Part shown: one piece after another, positions 19,839-30,276 of the stretch
How positions within the stretch are numbered: the stretch's first letter is position 1
Layout: every line of letters starts with the position of its first letter
From: an uncultured virus (IMG/VR IMGVR_UViG_3300034102_001074)
Lineage: Duplodnaviria > Heunggongvirae > Uroviricota > Caudoviricetes
DNA length: 64,000 nt
Reading direction: 5' to 3' (one strand)
Virus record (IMG/VR): IMGVR_UViG_3300034102_001074
Position numbers and translations under genes: made by a program
Notes under the pieces: generated by a model
Seen by the model: only the letters and a program-made list of their open reading frames with translations
Database searches by the model: none
Told to the model about the DNA's origin: nothing

Positions 19839-22800
19839 TTATGCTTGGGATTCAGTCCACGAAAGCTTTGCGTTAATAAACTTGGAACCAGATGTTTCTA
19901 GGTTTGTTGCAACAATTGTTAAAACATCTGGACCATTAGGGAATCCTGGAGTTGAAATACTTCCATTTCCACTAAGAATAGATGTTCCAAGCTCTCGTGT
20001 TGAACCAAGGTTATATGTAGAAATTCCATATCCACTTCCTGAATTTTCTGTGTAGAAAGAGAATATGTTGTCTCCTCCAGTAATAGTTGCTGCCGTTCCA
20101 TGATACAAAACTTGAGCTAAAGATCCAGAGCCTACAGAAGTATATTCCCAGCTATCTGGATATGTTAGTGTTGATGATCCATTTGCTGAACTCCATCCAG
20201 AATCACTAATTGTAGATGGATTTAAAAACCCTTCTATAAGGAATCTACCATTTGCAGATGTTTGAATTTCTCTTAAAATTAATTGCATTGTATTAATAAC
20301 GTCTCTCTTGCCAAAGTTTCTAGCAATTCCATTATCAACAGATGGTGCTATTCTAATACTTAGTAGGGCATTTGATGCACCTGCAGCAACTGAAAGTCCT
20401 GCACCTCTCATTCTAGCATTAAGCTGGAAAGCTTTATCTTCGTCAAATGTTCCGTCCATGATTACGGAAGATCCCCAGTGGCTTAGAGAAGGGGCACAGG
20501 TTTGTGTAATTACTTGAACTGAAACCTGACCATCTGTTCCAGTTCCATTTTGAATAGATGAGTCTGGGCTAAACGATACTGTGTTGGCAGTTCCCTGCAA
20601 AGCAATTGTTGAAGATATGCTGTATCCAACAGTTGCAATTGTATTCGTAGAGGTATATCCGTAAGGAACATTTGTTCCGTTTGAATCTTTATTTGGAGAG
20701 TCTGGAACTTCCCATGTCTTTCCATTAAACACACTTGAAATTGTTAAGCTTTGTCCATCTGCAGCAGGATTTGCAGCACCACCAAGCTCTAGAGATGTTG
20801 CAACTCTTCCAAGTTTTGTTCCATCTGCAGCAAAGATAACATTTCCTTGCTGAATACCAGCAGTATTAAAGTTTGTACTTGCTCCTGCAAACAGCTTCAT
20901 CCTATCTGTATAGGCTCCAGAACTATATGTTCCGTTTCTAAACGATCCTACCCCAACACTTCCTTGGCTAGTAATAAACTGAGTTACTCTTCTTTGAATT
21001 GTAATTGGATATCCGCCAACCTTAGCATTATACGATCCAACTGCTGTATAAGAAACAATTTCAGTATTTGTCTTATCACTAATCAAAAGGTAGCCAATAA
21101 TATCTGTTGAGTTTCCAGATGGTGCAGTAGTTCTCCAACCTTCAATATCTTTTACATACATTACGGTCTGACTAGAATTTAAAGGTGTTCCAGGAACATC
21201 TGCTGCTGTTGGGTTACTTGTTTGTGCCAATGGAGTTCCTGGAGAAGAGACTAAAACAGTTGTTGGACCAAAGTTAGAAACTTCGTATCTAGCAGGAAGG
21301 TTTCCAGAACGCATATAGGACTGACTATTTAAATTGTTATTTGGAATTCTATGACAATAAACAATATCTCCGTTTGTTGCTCTTAATCCATAGCGAATAA
21401 ATCCAGAGCCATACCAAGAATAATCAATATAAAGCATCTGCATTTTTGTTGGGTCAATAATATATCCAGAAGGTCCTGTTCCATCTAGTCTGTCAATGTT
21501 AAATTCATTTTGTGGAATTCTAACTTCTTGGACTTTGTATACCTTTACATTTCCTCCAACAGTTTGTCCTCTATAGGCTGGAGAAATATGCATGGTTGTG
21601 TCGCTATCAATATTTACAACTCTATAGGTCATGCCTTTAATTACAATGTTTTGGTTTTTCTCTATTTGCTTTAGAAATAGCGTTGAAGTTCCAGTCACAA
21701 TAGAGCTGTCTTTAGTTACAGATACTGTTCCAAAAATTGGTTTATTAGAAAATCTTCTACAAGCAAACAGCTTTTGACCATCATATTCAAAGTACATTCC
21801 GTTTTGATCATTGAATAAACCAAGTCTTGTTGAAGATCCTGCCCAATTTGTTACAGTAACAAGAGCATTGTCTCCACTTGGATTTCTGTTTGTAGTGCTA
21901 ATTGCTGTTGGAATTGTAGTTTCAAAGCTAAAAGTATTTTCATCAACAATGCCAGTTACTAAAAAGCTTCCATTGTATGGGTTTGCATCAGTTCCAACAA
22001 CTTGCACACCACTAATTGTTACTCTAGCATTTTCCTGAAGACCGTGATCCTGTACGGTTTTAACGACAATTGTAGCATCTCCAACAGTTGTGTTTGAATA
22101 AATTTCAGTAATGTCATAGCTTGGAGTTAACTTAGTACCTGTAGAAAATTGAATTGCCTTTCCTGACTGATATCTAAATGTTCTTCTTGACTGTCTTACC
22201 TGCTGAACATTTACAACGTTGTTTCCAGTTGCTAAAAGTACTCCACCATTATATGCCGTGTGTTGAACATAGGCATCTGGCTTACAGTAAAGCTTTGATC
22301 CAGAGACTGTTGCTGCTGGAGAAATATTTGTTACGGTATCTCCAGTTACGGTAAAGTTAAAGATTTTTGGAGTTGGTGTGGCAGATACTACCCAAGATCC
22401 GTTTAAGAATGTGTTAGTAGTTGCACCATTAATAAGAATTGGAGTTCCTGGAATTAATCCATGTGGATTTGGAGTTGTTACGGTTGCAACGGATCCTGCA
22501 ACTTCAACCGTAAAGGAAGAAGACCCTGGAACATTTGCTCCATCAAATAAGTCTCCACCATAAATGCTAGTAAGGTTGCTGTCTTTAATTGAATCATTTC
22601 CAACACGACCATTTGCAAGATATGTAAACATTTTATTTACATCAACTGTTGGAGTTCCATTAGTAAATGTTGTAATTGCTGATCCTGCAATTGAAGTTGC
22701 TACCATAAATGAATTAGCTAAAACTGTCTTAACATAGTAAACAGTACTTGTTGATACGCCAGAAGTGCTTGCAGCACTAAATCTAATTGGTTGGTTTGCT

Positions 22801-23477
22801 GAAAGTCCGTGAGCATTTGCGGTAAACACACCAGCAGAAACACCTGTAATTGACGGTGCAGCTGGCTTTGTTACAATAAACGTTCCTTCGGCTGCATCAT
22901 TTGTTGTTTCTTGAATACTAACAACGCTGTTTGAAACAAGACCATGATCTGATTCAGTCAATACATATACTCTTGACTTTCTTGCAGTTGTAGTTCCGTC
23001 TCCAACAATATCTGCTACAGCTAAAGAGTTTCCGCCAGTACCCTTTGAAAAGAAAGATGGGTAATTGGCTACCAAGGAAACAGTTTCCCATTTAGAAGGT
23101 TGGGTTCCGTATTCAAAATCTGTGTCAATTAAAGACTGTGGGTTTGCAACACGCATCTTACCAACAGCATCAACTAGCAAGTCTGACGGTGTAATTTTTT
23201 CATCGTACTCTTCATAAACAATTTGAAGCTTGTCTTTAGAGTCCATTTCATTACAGTTGTAATTTAATACAATTGTTGTTGTTGAAGAAGATGCTGATCC
23301 TGCAACGGTGTAAGATGTGGCATTTAAGTCTGGGTCTGAAAAATTATAAATTACCTGATTTGTTGTTACGTTTGTAATCAACATTAGGCTTTCTCTTTGA
23401 ATTACTCTTGGGAGAATAATTTTATCCTCAGAAGGTATGAAAGTATAATACGTTTCCTGCATTACCTTTTTAGCCAT
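19839..23477 (-). CDS. Large virion/tail fibre protein (1212 aa)
   Basis: T/S/G-rich beta protein with several HGL repeats; lies in the tail cluster. Confidence 0.75.
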   Translation of the reverse strand: MAKKVMQETYYTFIPSEDKIILPRVIQRESLMLITNVTTNQVIYNFSDPDLNATSYTVAGSASSSTTTIVLNYNCNEMDSKDKLQIVYEEYDEKITPSDLLVDAVGKMRVANPQSLIDTDFEYGTQPSKWETVSLVANYPSFFSKGTGGNSLAVADIVGDGTTTARKSRVYVLTESDHGLVSNSVVSIQETTNDAAEGTFIVTKPAAPSITGVSAGVFTANAHGLSANQPIRFSAASTSGVSTSTVYYVKTVLANSFMVATSIAGSAITTFTNGTPTVDVNKMFTYLANGRVGNDSIKDSNLTSIYGGDLFDGANVPGSSSFTVEVAGSVATVTTPNPHGLIPGTPILINGATTNTFLNGSWVVSATPTPKIFNFTVTGDTVTNISPAATVSGSKLYCKPDAYVQHTAYNGGVLLATGNNVVNVQQVRQSRRTFRYQSGKAIQFSTGTKLTPSYDITEIYSNTTVGDATIVVKTVQDHGLQENARVTISGVQVVGTDANPYNGSFLVTGIVDENTFSFETTIPTAISTTNRNPSGDNALVTVTNWAGSSTRLGLFNDQNGMYFEYDGQKLFACRRFSNKPIFGTVSVTKDSSIVTGTSTLFLKQIEKNQNIVIKGMTYRVVNIDSDTTMHISPAYRGQTVGGNVKVYKVQEVRIPQNEFNIDRLDGTGPSGYIIDPTKMQMLYIDYSWYGSGFIRYGLRATNGDIVYCHRIPNNNLNSQSYMRSGNLPARYEVSNFGPTTVLVSSPGTPLAQTSNPTAADVPGTPLNSSQTVMYVKDIEGWRTTAPSGNSTDIIGYLLISDKTNTEIVSYTAVGSYNAKVGGYPITIQRRVTQFITSQGSVGVGSFRNGTYSSGAYTDRMKLFAGASTNFNTAGIQQGNVIFAADGTKLGRVATSLELGGAANPAADGQSLTISSVFNGKTWEVPDSPNKDSNGTNVPYGYTSTNTIATVGYSISSTIALQGTANTVSFSPDSSIQNGTGTDGQVSVQVITQTCAPSLSHWGSSVIMDGTFDEDKAFQLNARMRGAGLSVAAGASNALLSIRIAPSVDNGIARNFGKRDVINTMQLILREIQTSANGRFLIEGFLNPSTISDSGWSSANGSSTLTYPDSWEYTSVGSGSLAQVLYHGTAATITGGDNIFSFYTENSGSGYGISTYNLGSTRELGTSILSGNGSISTPGFPNGPDVLTIVATNLETSGSKFINAKLSWTESQA

Positions 23478-23488
23478 TTATTTCCACC

Positions 23489-26400
23489 TTATCCTAATGC
23501 TACATCCGCTGCTTTGAACGGATATATCCTTGCTGTTTTATTTTTTACTGGTCCTGGAAAAACTCTTACATTAATAGTTGATCCAAGTGGAGGGGATTCA
23601 GAAAACTTTATTCTTCCTTCTGTGTCCAGTGTAAATCCTCTGTAGGATAAAAGACCAGACTGCCAGACATATTCTTTGTTTTGAATAAATCCTGACTGAA
23701 TTACTCCATTTAATGAAACTACTAGGTTTAATGGGTTTTTAACAGTTACGTCTTTGTAGTTATACTTGGGCGTAAATGTGTTTCTTCTACCATTAAAAGA
23801 ACTAGAAAAATCATCTAGCTCAATTATATCAGAATAAAATCCAATTACCTCTCCTGTAACTTCTAAATCTTTAACTTTTAGCTTATTTCCGTATGGATCA
23901 ATAGTAATTGGAGCTACGTCTGGCTTTGAGGCTCCAATCCAAAGGGAATAGTTTTTGTCAAAGCTTATAATTTTTCCACTAGGGAAAGAATATGCAACTA
24001 CTCCAGGATCTATAGATGTTGGTAGCTTGTCTGGGAACACTGCCTGATAAGTAAATTGATTAGATGCTGGAACATCTATAATTTCAAATTCTCCAACAAA
24101 ATCGTCTGATAGGTACGAGGTTTCTCTGAACCCTGTAACAGTTACTGTTTTTCCAACCACAAAGTTATGATTTGTACTGGTAGTAATTGTTACTTTATTA
24201 TCTGTTGCAGACAAACTTGATACAACGTAAGAGGTGTAGGTTCTAGAAAAAGCTGCTGCTGTTGGACTTGGTTCTGGAGTCTTAGGAGCATAGTTTAAAT
24301 ATCCATCTCCATACAACACAATTCCTGTTGCATCTTCTTTATCTTCTACAATATTTCTATCATTATCAACAAATCCAATAATTGGAAAGTACCCATCGTT
24401 CAATGGTTCAAAAAGTTTGTTATATTCTGTGCTTGTTGAATCTACTGGAATATTTGATAGGTAGAGGTTTTCTCCAGTTACCATGTTTAGCAAAGAAAGT
24501 TTGGTTGAGTTTGTAGGATAAATATAAACGTTATAAAAATATTCTCCAGGATTTGCTGTATCTTCAGAATAAGTTGTTTCAATTTTAGATATTTCAATAG
24601 CCGTACTATTTTCTTCTCCAACAAAAGTTGTAAGGTATGAAGAATTTTTAACATATGTTTTTGGCAAGTAGGTTGGAGTAACATATGTAACAGACCCACC
24701 ATTAATAAATCCACCAATTTCATCAACGGTTCCGTCACCATTAGAGTCTGAGTTTTCTCCAAGTATTGGACCTGGAACAGAATCTGTAAGTAGTTCATAG
24801 GTGTTTTCTGTTGTTCTTGGTAAAACTCTAGCTCCAAATGTAGCAAAGCCAGAAGTTTCTGAATCCTCAATAGAAAATATTGGTAGGCTTAATACAAGGG
24901 AAGCACCTGAAGCAGAGTATGTAACTGCTGGAGCAAAAGTGTTATCTGAATAATCTGTTAACACATTTTGTTTTTGTGCAGTAATGGTTACGCTTGTAGT
25001 TGTTACTGTTTTAACATAGTAGGTTGTATTTGACAATATTCCAGTCAAAAAGGATCCAGAGTCTGCAAGGAATATTTCGTCAAATCTAATTTCGTCCCCA
25101 ACTTGATATTTTGTATCTGCTAAATCTATTGGGATTGCTGTAAGATTTGTTCCAGCTAAACTAATTTTTTCTGGATTTTCAATGTCTGTGTAGAACTGAG
25201 TCCTAATTATTGTTTCAAATTTATAAGCATAAAAATTTTGATCTTTAATAAAAATAGTAATATTTGGATTTTCATATAAGGATAATTCTGTATCACTTAT
25301 AACACTATCAACGTTTCCAACAAAATATCTTCTTGTGCCTTCAACAACATATATTGAATATCCTCGTCTAAGTTCTTGGGTAAACTTGGTTCCACTACCA
25401 GTTACAATCTTGGTTCTTTGATTTGCTGTAATTTTACCAGTTACTGTTGGAAGACTACTTACTAGTTTTCCAACTCTAATTGGTGCACTTTGAGTAATAT
25501 TTTCAATTGGGTTTGAATGAAATCCAGATTGCAGATAAGCCGTAGCATTTGATGTTCCAGAAAAAAGACCTCCAGAGCCAGCAACCCAACCAAAATCATT
25601 TCCACCAATTTGTGCAGAGTTTGCAAATACATCAGAACCACGGATTCTAGATCCGATAATTTCTGTAGAAGATATTGTTGCATTAGACATTAAAGGTGCT
25701 GTAAGAGTTAGCTTATTGTCATACCATCTTAGATAGTGTGTTGCGTCTCCAATTTTAAATCCATTTGTTGTGGAGTACCAATAATTATTTGCATCTAGTC
25801 TTATACCAACACCACCAAGACCATATCCGTTTGCTGTGCTAGGAGAAGATAACGGGTCATGGTATCCGACACCCATTGCATTTGTAACTAGAGGAACTGG
25901 AGTAAGTGCACTAGACTCAATGTATCCTCTTAGGATACCGTTAATTTTAAGAACTGAACCTGTAGGGTTCCAGCTAAGACCAGAACCAAGAGAAAACTTT
26001 CCAGTTCCTTCTGCATAAAATGGAGCAGACTCAAACCCACCAGTTCCAATTTGAATGTTTGTTAGTGCATCTGTAGTTCCACCAGTTAGCTTAATCTTAT
26101 TTGTTCCAGTACCAATATTTACTGTATTTGTAAATGTTCCACCAGTAGCATTAATAATTGCATTTACATTTAAATCAGTTCCGTCCCAGTAAATATATTT
26201 ATCTGCAGATCCAACTCTAAACTTTCCTTCATCGTTTTTATTCCAGTATTGAAACTCATCAACAATTATAGACTCTGCTTCTAGGGATCCACTAATGCTT
26301 ACGTCTCCGTTTTTAAATACTTTGAATACGTTTCCAAATTGAACAACAGCATCTTCTGGATTTACAACATAGTCTGGGTTCTTTAAGAAGTATTTATCTC

Positions 26401-27307
26401 CCCATGGATTGCTACTACTATCAGTTCCTCCAGCTTTAATAACGCCCTCTGCAATTATCCAACCGTCTTCTCCACCAAGATATCCAGTGTCTGCTTTAAT
26501 ATCTCCAGTTACAGAAAATAAATCTACGTCTGGATTCCAAGAAATTCCTTTAAATACTTCGTCAACTATGCCTCCAGCTTTAAATGTTCCATCTGCATAC
26601 CAGTAATTGTTTGCATCAACCCTAATTCCATCATCGCCATCTACTGAGACATTTGCACCAAGCCTCATGTCTCCACCATTAATGGTTACATATCCTTCAA
26701 AATTTCCTGCTGTTGCATCAATTATTCCACGAACATGCAAGTTGTTAAAGATTGCATTTCCTTCGCCACTAATAATCCACCCTTTAGATCCAACTGCTCT
26801 TTGTGACCAATTTTCTTTTGCTGCATACACCTTATTGCTTGGAAAACCATTAGAGTCTAAGGTTGTATTTACAGTATATGTTTTTGATTCTCCAGTTGGT
26901 AAAATATAGTCTATAAAAACTTTAGTTGGCTGACCTTCTAGTGGATGACCAGGACTATAAACAAAAGATTTACTTAAATCTATTTCTCCAGATTCATCAT
27001 TAACGGCTAGAGACCCTCCGTAATAATTTCCATCATCTATTCTTATTTGTGTTACAAGTCTTAAATCCTCAGAACCATATTCATCTGTAACTAAAAAATA
27101 TTGACCAATCTCTAAATTAAACTTTCCATTAACAGAGTCATATAGATAAATTTCTTCAGCATACTTTGGAATATTTCCGTTAAAATTTCTAGACGCAATA
27201 TTGTCATTTAGCATCCTTAAAGTATCTGCATTTGGATCATAGAATCCATACATTGCAGATACTGGACCAGTTGGTGGAAATACCGTAGTTGTACTATTTC
27301 TAGGCAT
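23489..27307 (-). CDS. Large tail/tail-fibre protein (~1270 aa)
   Basis: Gly-rich beta repeats (DANNYWY twice); start reassigned to MPRNST. Confidence 0.75.
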   Translation of the reverse strand: MPRNSTTTVFPPTGPVSAMYGFYDPNADTLRMLNDNIASRNFNGNIPKYAEEIYLYDSVNGKFNLEIGQYFLVTDEYGSEDLRLVTQIRIDDGNYYGGSLAVNDESGEIDLSKSFVYSPGHPLEGQPTKVFIDYILPTGESKTYTVNTTLDSNGFPSNKVYAAKENWSQRAVGSKGWIISGEGNAIFNNLHVRGIIDATAGNFEGYVTINGGDMRLGANVSVDGDDGIRVDANNYWYADGTFKAGGIVDEVFKGISWNPDVDLFSVTGDIKADTGYLGGEDGWIIAEGVIKAGGTDSSSNPWGDKYFLKNPDYVVNPEDAVVQFGNVFKVFKNGDVSISGSLEAESIIVDEFQYWNKNDEGKFRVGSADKYIYWDGTDLNVNAIINATGGTFTNTVNIGTGTNKIKLTGGTTDALTNIQIGTGGFESAPFYAEGTGKFSLGSGLSWNPTGSVLKINGILRGYIESSALTPVPLVTNAMGVGYHDPLSSPSTANGYGLGGVGIRLDANNYWYSTTNGFKIGDATHYLRWYDNKLTLTAPLMSNATISSTEIIGSRIRGSDVFANSAQIGGNDFGWVAGSGGLFSGTSNATAYLQSGFHSNPIENITQSAPIRVGKLVSSLPTVTGKITANQRTKIVTGSGTKFTQELRRGYSIYVVEGTRRYFVGNVDSVISDTELSLYENPNITIFIKDQNFYAYKFETIIRTQFYTDIENPEKISLAGTNLTAIPIDLADTKYQVGDEIRFDEIFLADSGSFLTGILSNTTYYVKTVTTTSVTITAQKQNVLTDYSDNTFAPAVTYSASGASLVLSLPIFSIEDSETSGFATFGARVLPRTTENTYELLTDSVPGPILGENSDSNGDGTVDEIGGFINGGSVTYVTPTYLPKTYVKNSSYLTTFVGEENSTAIEISKIETTYSEDTANPGEYFYNVYIYPTNSTKLSLLNMVTGENLYLSNIPVDSTSTEYNKLFEPLNDGYFPIIGFVDNDRNIVEDKEDATGIVLYGDGYLNYAPKTPEPSPTAAAFSRTYTSYVVSSLSATDNKVTITTSTNHNFVVGKTVTVTGFRETSYLSDDFVGEFEIIDVPASNQFTYQAVFPDKLPTSIDPGVVAYSFPSGKIISFDKNYSLWIGASKPDVAPITIDPYGNKLKVKDLEVTGEVIGFYSDIIELDDFSSSFNGRRNTFTPKYNYKDVTVKNPLNLVVSLNGVIQSGFIQNKEYVWQSGLLSYRGFTLDTEGRIKFSESPPLGSTINVRVFPGPVKNKTARIYPFKAADVALG

Positions 27308-28505
27308 TAGCGAATGCCGCCTCTTTGGACCAAATAATTGCTTCGGGATCTGAAACTCTTGGCTCTGAGTTTTCGCTCTGCAACCATCCACCTTCCCAGT
27401 TTCCAGTTACAGTATTTTTCTTATATCTTGCAATAGTAAAATAATATTTTTTAGAGGTATTGTCGTAATCTACTACTTGAGTAGCTTCATTAAATACAGC
27501 CCTATTTACATTTAAGAAAGTTTTATTTAAACTTACTCCATCTTTTCTTGCATTTCCATTTCCATCATAGTCATAAATCTCTTGCATCATGGCTGCGTTG
27601 CTTAACTGAATTGGATTATTAATTGCAACAAAACTAGAATGATCTGGATTGTGCCAAGTTCCTCTTGTTAAATTTTTATAAGCAAAAACTGGAATATCAA
27701 CAACTCCTCCAGGAATATTTCTAATTAATGGAAATCTTTCTGGTAAAGAAATTGTTACATTAAATTCCTTATAAGTTCCTGTTGGTGTTCTTGAGCTTGC
27801 ATCGGTGTGTCCTGTATAAACAGTTCCAGTAGCAGCATTTGGTTGGTTGGTTCGTGTTTTTAAAGCTCTTCCGTCAAGAAAGAACTGAAACCATCTATTG
27901 CTAGAACTGTCTGGTCTTTGATTTGACTTAGTTCCAACCTTTGAGTAAATGTGTCTATTGTGTCCTGCTCTTCCAGAACACCAATCGTTAGCAGTTAAAG
28001 CTCTTGTATTAACTTTATATACACCGTCAGCAGCTAAAACTATGGAGGTTACTGTAGAGCTAGCAACTGTATCTATATAAGTAGATTTTTTATCAATGAC
28101 TCTGTAGTCAAAAGTGTCATAATAAGCATGATTATTTACATAGTCAGATATTCCAGAAACCCTAATTATGTCTCCTTTTCCAACCCTAGAAGAAAAATTA
28201 GATCCAGAACAAAAAAATCTATAATTTCTTTCATCGTCTACGGCTGACCAATTAGTTATTGTAAACGTGTCTGCTCTTGCATTTATTGCATTTGTTACAA
28301 TTGGATTTAAAGAATATCCTCTATCAACAGGTATTTCATTTACTCCAATAGGAGTATAGGCAGAAATTAAATCTGGTGCCGTTGGAGCAACAAACTCAAT
28401 TGATGGCAATTTAATTGGGTCAGTAGAGTTAGATAGGGCAGTTATAACCATTCTATATCTTGTTCCAGGAATTAAACCTCTGACGTATCCAGTAAGATCT
28501 GCCAT
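27300..28505 (-). CDS. Minor tail protein
   Basis: Position in the tail cluster; start MADLT. Confidence 0.6.
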   Translation of the reverse strand: MADLTGYVRGLIPGTRYRMVITALSNSTDPIKLPSIEFVAPTAPDLISAYTPIGVNEIPVDRGYSLNPIVTNAINARADTFTITNWSAVDDERNYRFFCSGSNFSSRVGKGDIIRVSGISDYVNNHAYYDTFDYRVIDKKSTYIDTVASSTVTSIVLAADGVYKVNTRALTANDWCSGRAGHNRHIYSKVGTKSNQRPDSSSNRWFQFFLDGRALKTRTNQPNAATGTVYTGHTDASSRTPTGTYKEFNVTISLPERFPLIRNIPGGVVDIPVFAYKNLTRGTWHNPDHSSFVAINNPIQLSNAAMMQEIYDYDGNGNARKDGVSLNKTFLNVNRAVFNEATQVVDYDNTSKKYYFTIARYKKNTVTGNWEGGWLQSENSEPRVSDPEAIIWSKEAAFANA

Positions 28506-28506
28506 T

Positions 28507-29505
28507 TTAAACCGCCTTATTAAACCCAAAACTTAAGTAATATTCAATGTCTAGGGACTCTGAGGCAGATTTAGTAATTACATTTTCACTACCAAGAACA
28601 GTTCTAGATACCATTCCATATGTTGTATCTACATTTAAATTATCATTAATTCTAATTGCATCAATAATTACATCTGCAACTTCGGCTTTAATTTCTATAG
28701 CATTTATGTTTCCCCATCCAAGTGTGCTAGGTCCAAATCTACTAAAAGCACTTCTTAAAATATCCTTAAATCCATAAGTATGTCCAGAGGCTGCAGTAAA
28801 TTCATATGAAAAATAATTTGCATCATTATATAAAAACTTTAAAATAATTTTTGGAGTCTCTGTATTTTTTTTAGAATAAGCAATTGATATAAAGTCTTCA
28901 ATGTTAAATGCATTTTGACCAGAAGATGTAAACTGATCAAAGTTTTTATTTATTCTTAATGTTTGATCCTTTTTTAAATATAGTGCGGTTGAGCCAACTC
29001 TAAATCCTCCAGTAAAGCCAGTTGGTGAGGTAGAAACATATCCAGATGTTTCAACAGGGTTTCCAGAAACAGGACCAATTGGCTGTCCATTATTTAACCA
29101 ACCATCTGTTGACGTTCCAGATACCAAAGAAAGTTCTGAAAAAGCTCTTTCTTCATCTGGATTGCTTGGAAATATTCCAAGTTCATAAATTGTAAAGGCA
29201 TCAGCACTAGATGGGATAGTTCCTCTAAAAACCATAGCATCGTAGTTTCCACTATTGTCTAAGAATGCTAAGCGAACTGGAATGCTGCTTACAGAAAATC
29301 CAAGTCTAGTATCTGGGATAAGACCATTACTATCTGCAGTCTGATTTGCTGTTGAAGAAATGCCAACCTGAATGTTTCCACCAATACTTGGTATTAAACC
29401 CATCAAAGCTTTTAAAACAATTGAACGACCAGCAACTGTCATTTGATTTTCTTTTTCTGCTACTAATTTTCCATCTTTATAAATTCTGTAAATTCCCTGC
29501 ATCAT
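28507..29505 (-). CDS. Minor tail/baseplate protein
   Basis: N(Q)MT..G...ELGIF...K...ESLDIEY pattern seen in tail proteins; leaderless promoter places the start at 29505. Confidence 0.65.
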   Translation of the reverse strand: MMQGIYRIYKDGKLVAEKENQMTVAGRSIVLKALMGLIPSIGGNIQVGISSTANQTADSNGLIPDTRLGFSVSSIPVRLAFLDNSGNYDAMVFRGTIPSSADAFTIYELGIFPSNPDEERAFSELSLVSGTSTDGWLNNGQPIGPVSGNPVETSGYVSTSPTGFTGGFRVGSTALYLKKDQTLRINKNFDQFTSSGQNAFNIEDFISIAYSKKNTETPKIILKFLYNDANYFSYEFTAASGHTYGFKDILRSAFSRFGPSTLGWGNINAIEIKAEVADVIIDAIRINDNLNVDTTYGMVSRTVLGSENVITKSASESLDIEYYLSFGFNKAV

Positions 29506-29522
29506 AAACAAATTATACCACT

Positions 29523-30275
29523 TTAACTGACATTATAGCATTCTATTCTGTATACAACATCGTATCCAAAGCCTTGTAGCTCTGGAAGTTTTAGCTCTAA
29601 ATCATATACGGATGCTCCGCCTTGTATTCTTGGCATACCTCCTTGAAAATTTAAATTTTCCTTTTTTATTCCAAATTTAGCAAGTTTTGTACCAGAAGGA
29701 ACTAGGTCTCCAATTTGATTTGCAACTAGATTAATTACATCATTTAACCTATCTCTAATTTGAAGCTCTGTAAGTTCTACCTCTGACCTTGACCTAATTA
29801 TGTTGGAAACAACTGCAGTTGATCTTTGAGAGGCATCATCTGACTCAAGCATGTAGGATGCAATCCTATTAATGCTTGTAAAGTTATATGCAAATAAAAG
29901 ACCTTCAGCACTTGAAATTAATCCTAGCGTAAGCCTTTCAATTTCTTTAATATATGCTTCTTGAATGTTAGGAGTTATTGCTTGACCAGAGCCAAGAGGT
30001 ATTTGTATCTGAGATACAGGAACGTTTGGTCTTGGATCTACTTTATCTTTCTTGTTCTTATCTCCACTGCCACCTTTTCCACCTTTTCCACCTTTGCCAC
30101 CTTTAACATTTAAAGTTGAACTTGGGTCAAATCCAGGATAGACGTATGCTGGCTTCCTATCTTCTCTTGCATTTGCTCTATTTGGGTCAGGTCGGTTTCC
30201 AAGCCTTTTATTTTCTCTTGCTGTTTCAGCATCGATCTTTTTTTTCTTTTTTAATGAATCTGCATATTCTCCCAT
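29523..30275 (-). CDS. Hypothetical virion protein with basic, GGK-repeat N-terminus
   Basis: 250 aa; GGKGGKGGKGG encoded by a 9-bp tandem repeat near 30070-30104. Confidence 0.65.
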   Translation of the reverse strand: MGEYADSLKKKKKIDAETARENKRLGNRPDPNRANAREDRKPAYVYPGFDPSSTLNVKGGKGGKGGKGGSGDKNKKDKVDPRPNVPVSQIQIPLGSGQAITPNIQEAYIKEIERLTLGLISSAEGLLFAYNFTSINRIASYMLESDDASQRSTAVVSNIIRSRSEVELTELQIRDRLNDVINLVANQIGDLVPSGTKLAKFGIKKENLNFQGGMPRIQGGASVYDLELKLPELQGFGYDVVYRIECYNVS

Positions 30276-30276
30276 A

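Noticed and set aside
30070..30104. 9-bp tandem repeat as a contingency locus
   Set aside because: It is an in-frame GGK low-complexity linker; copy-number change would not switch the gene.
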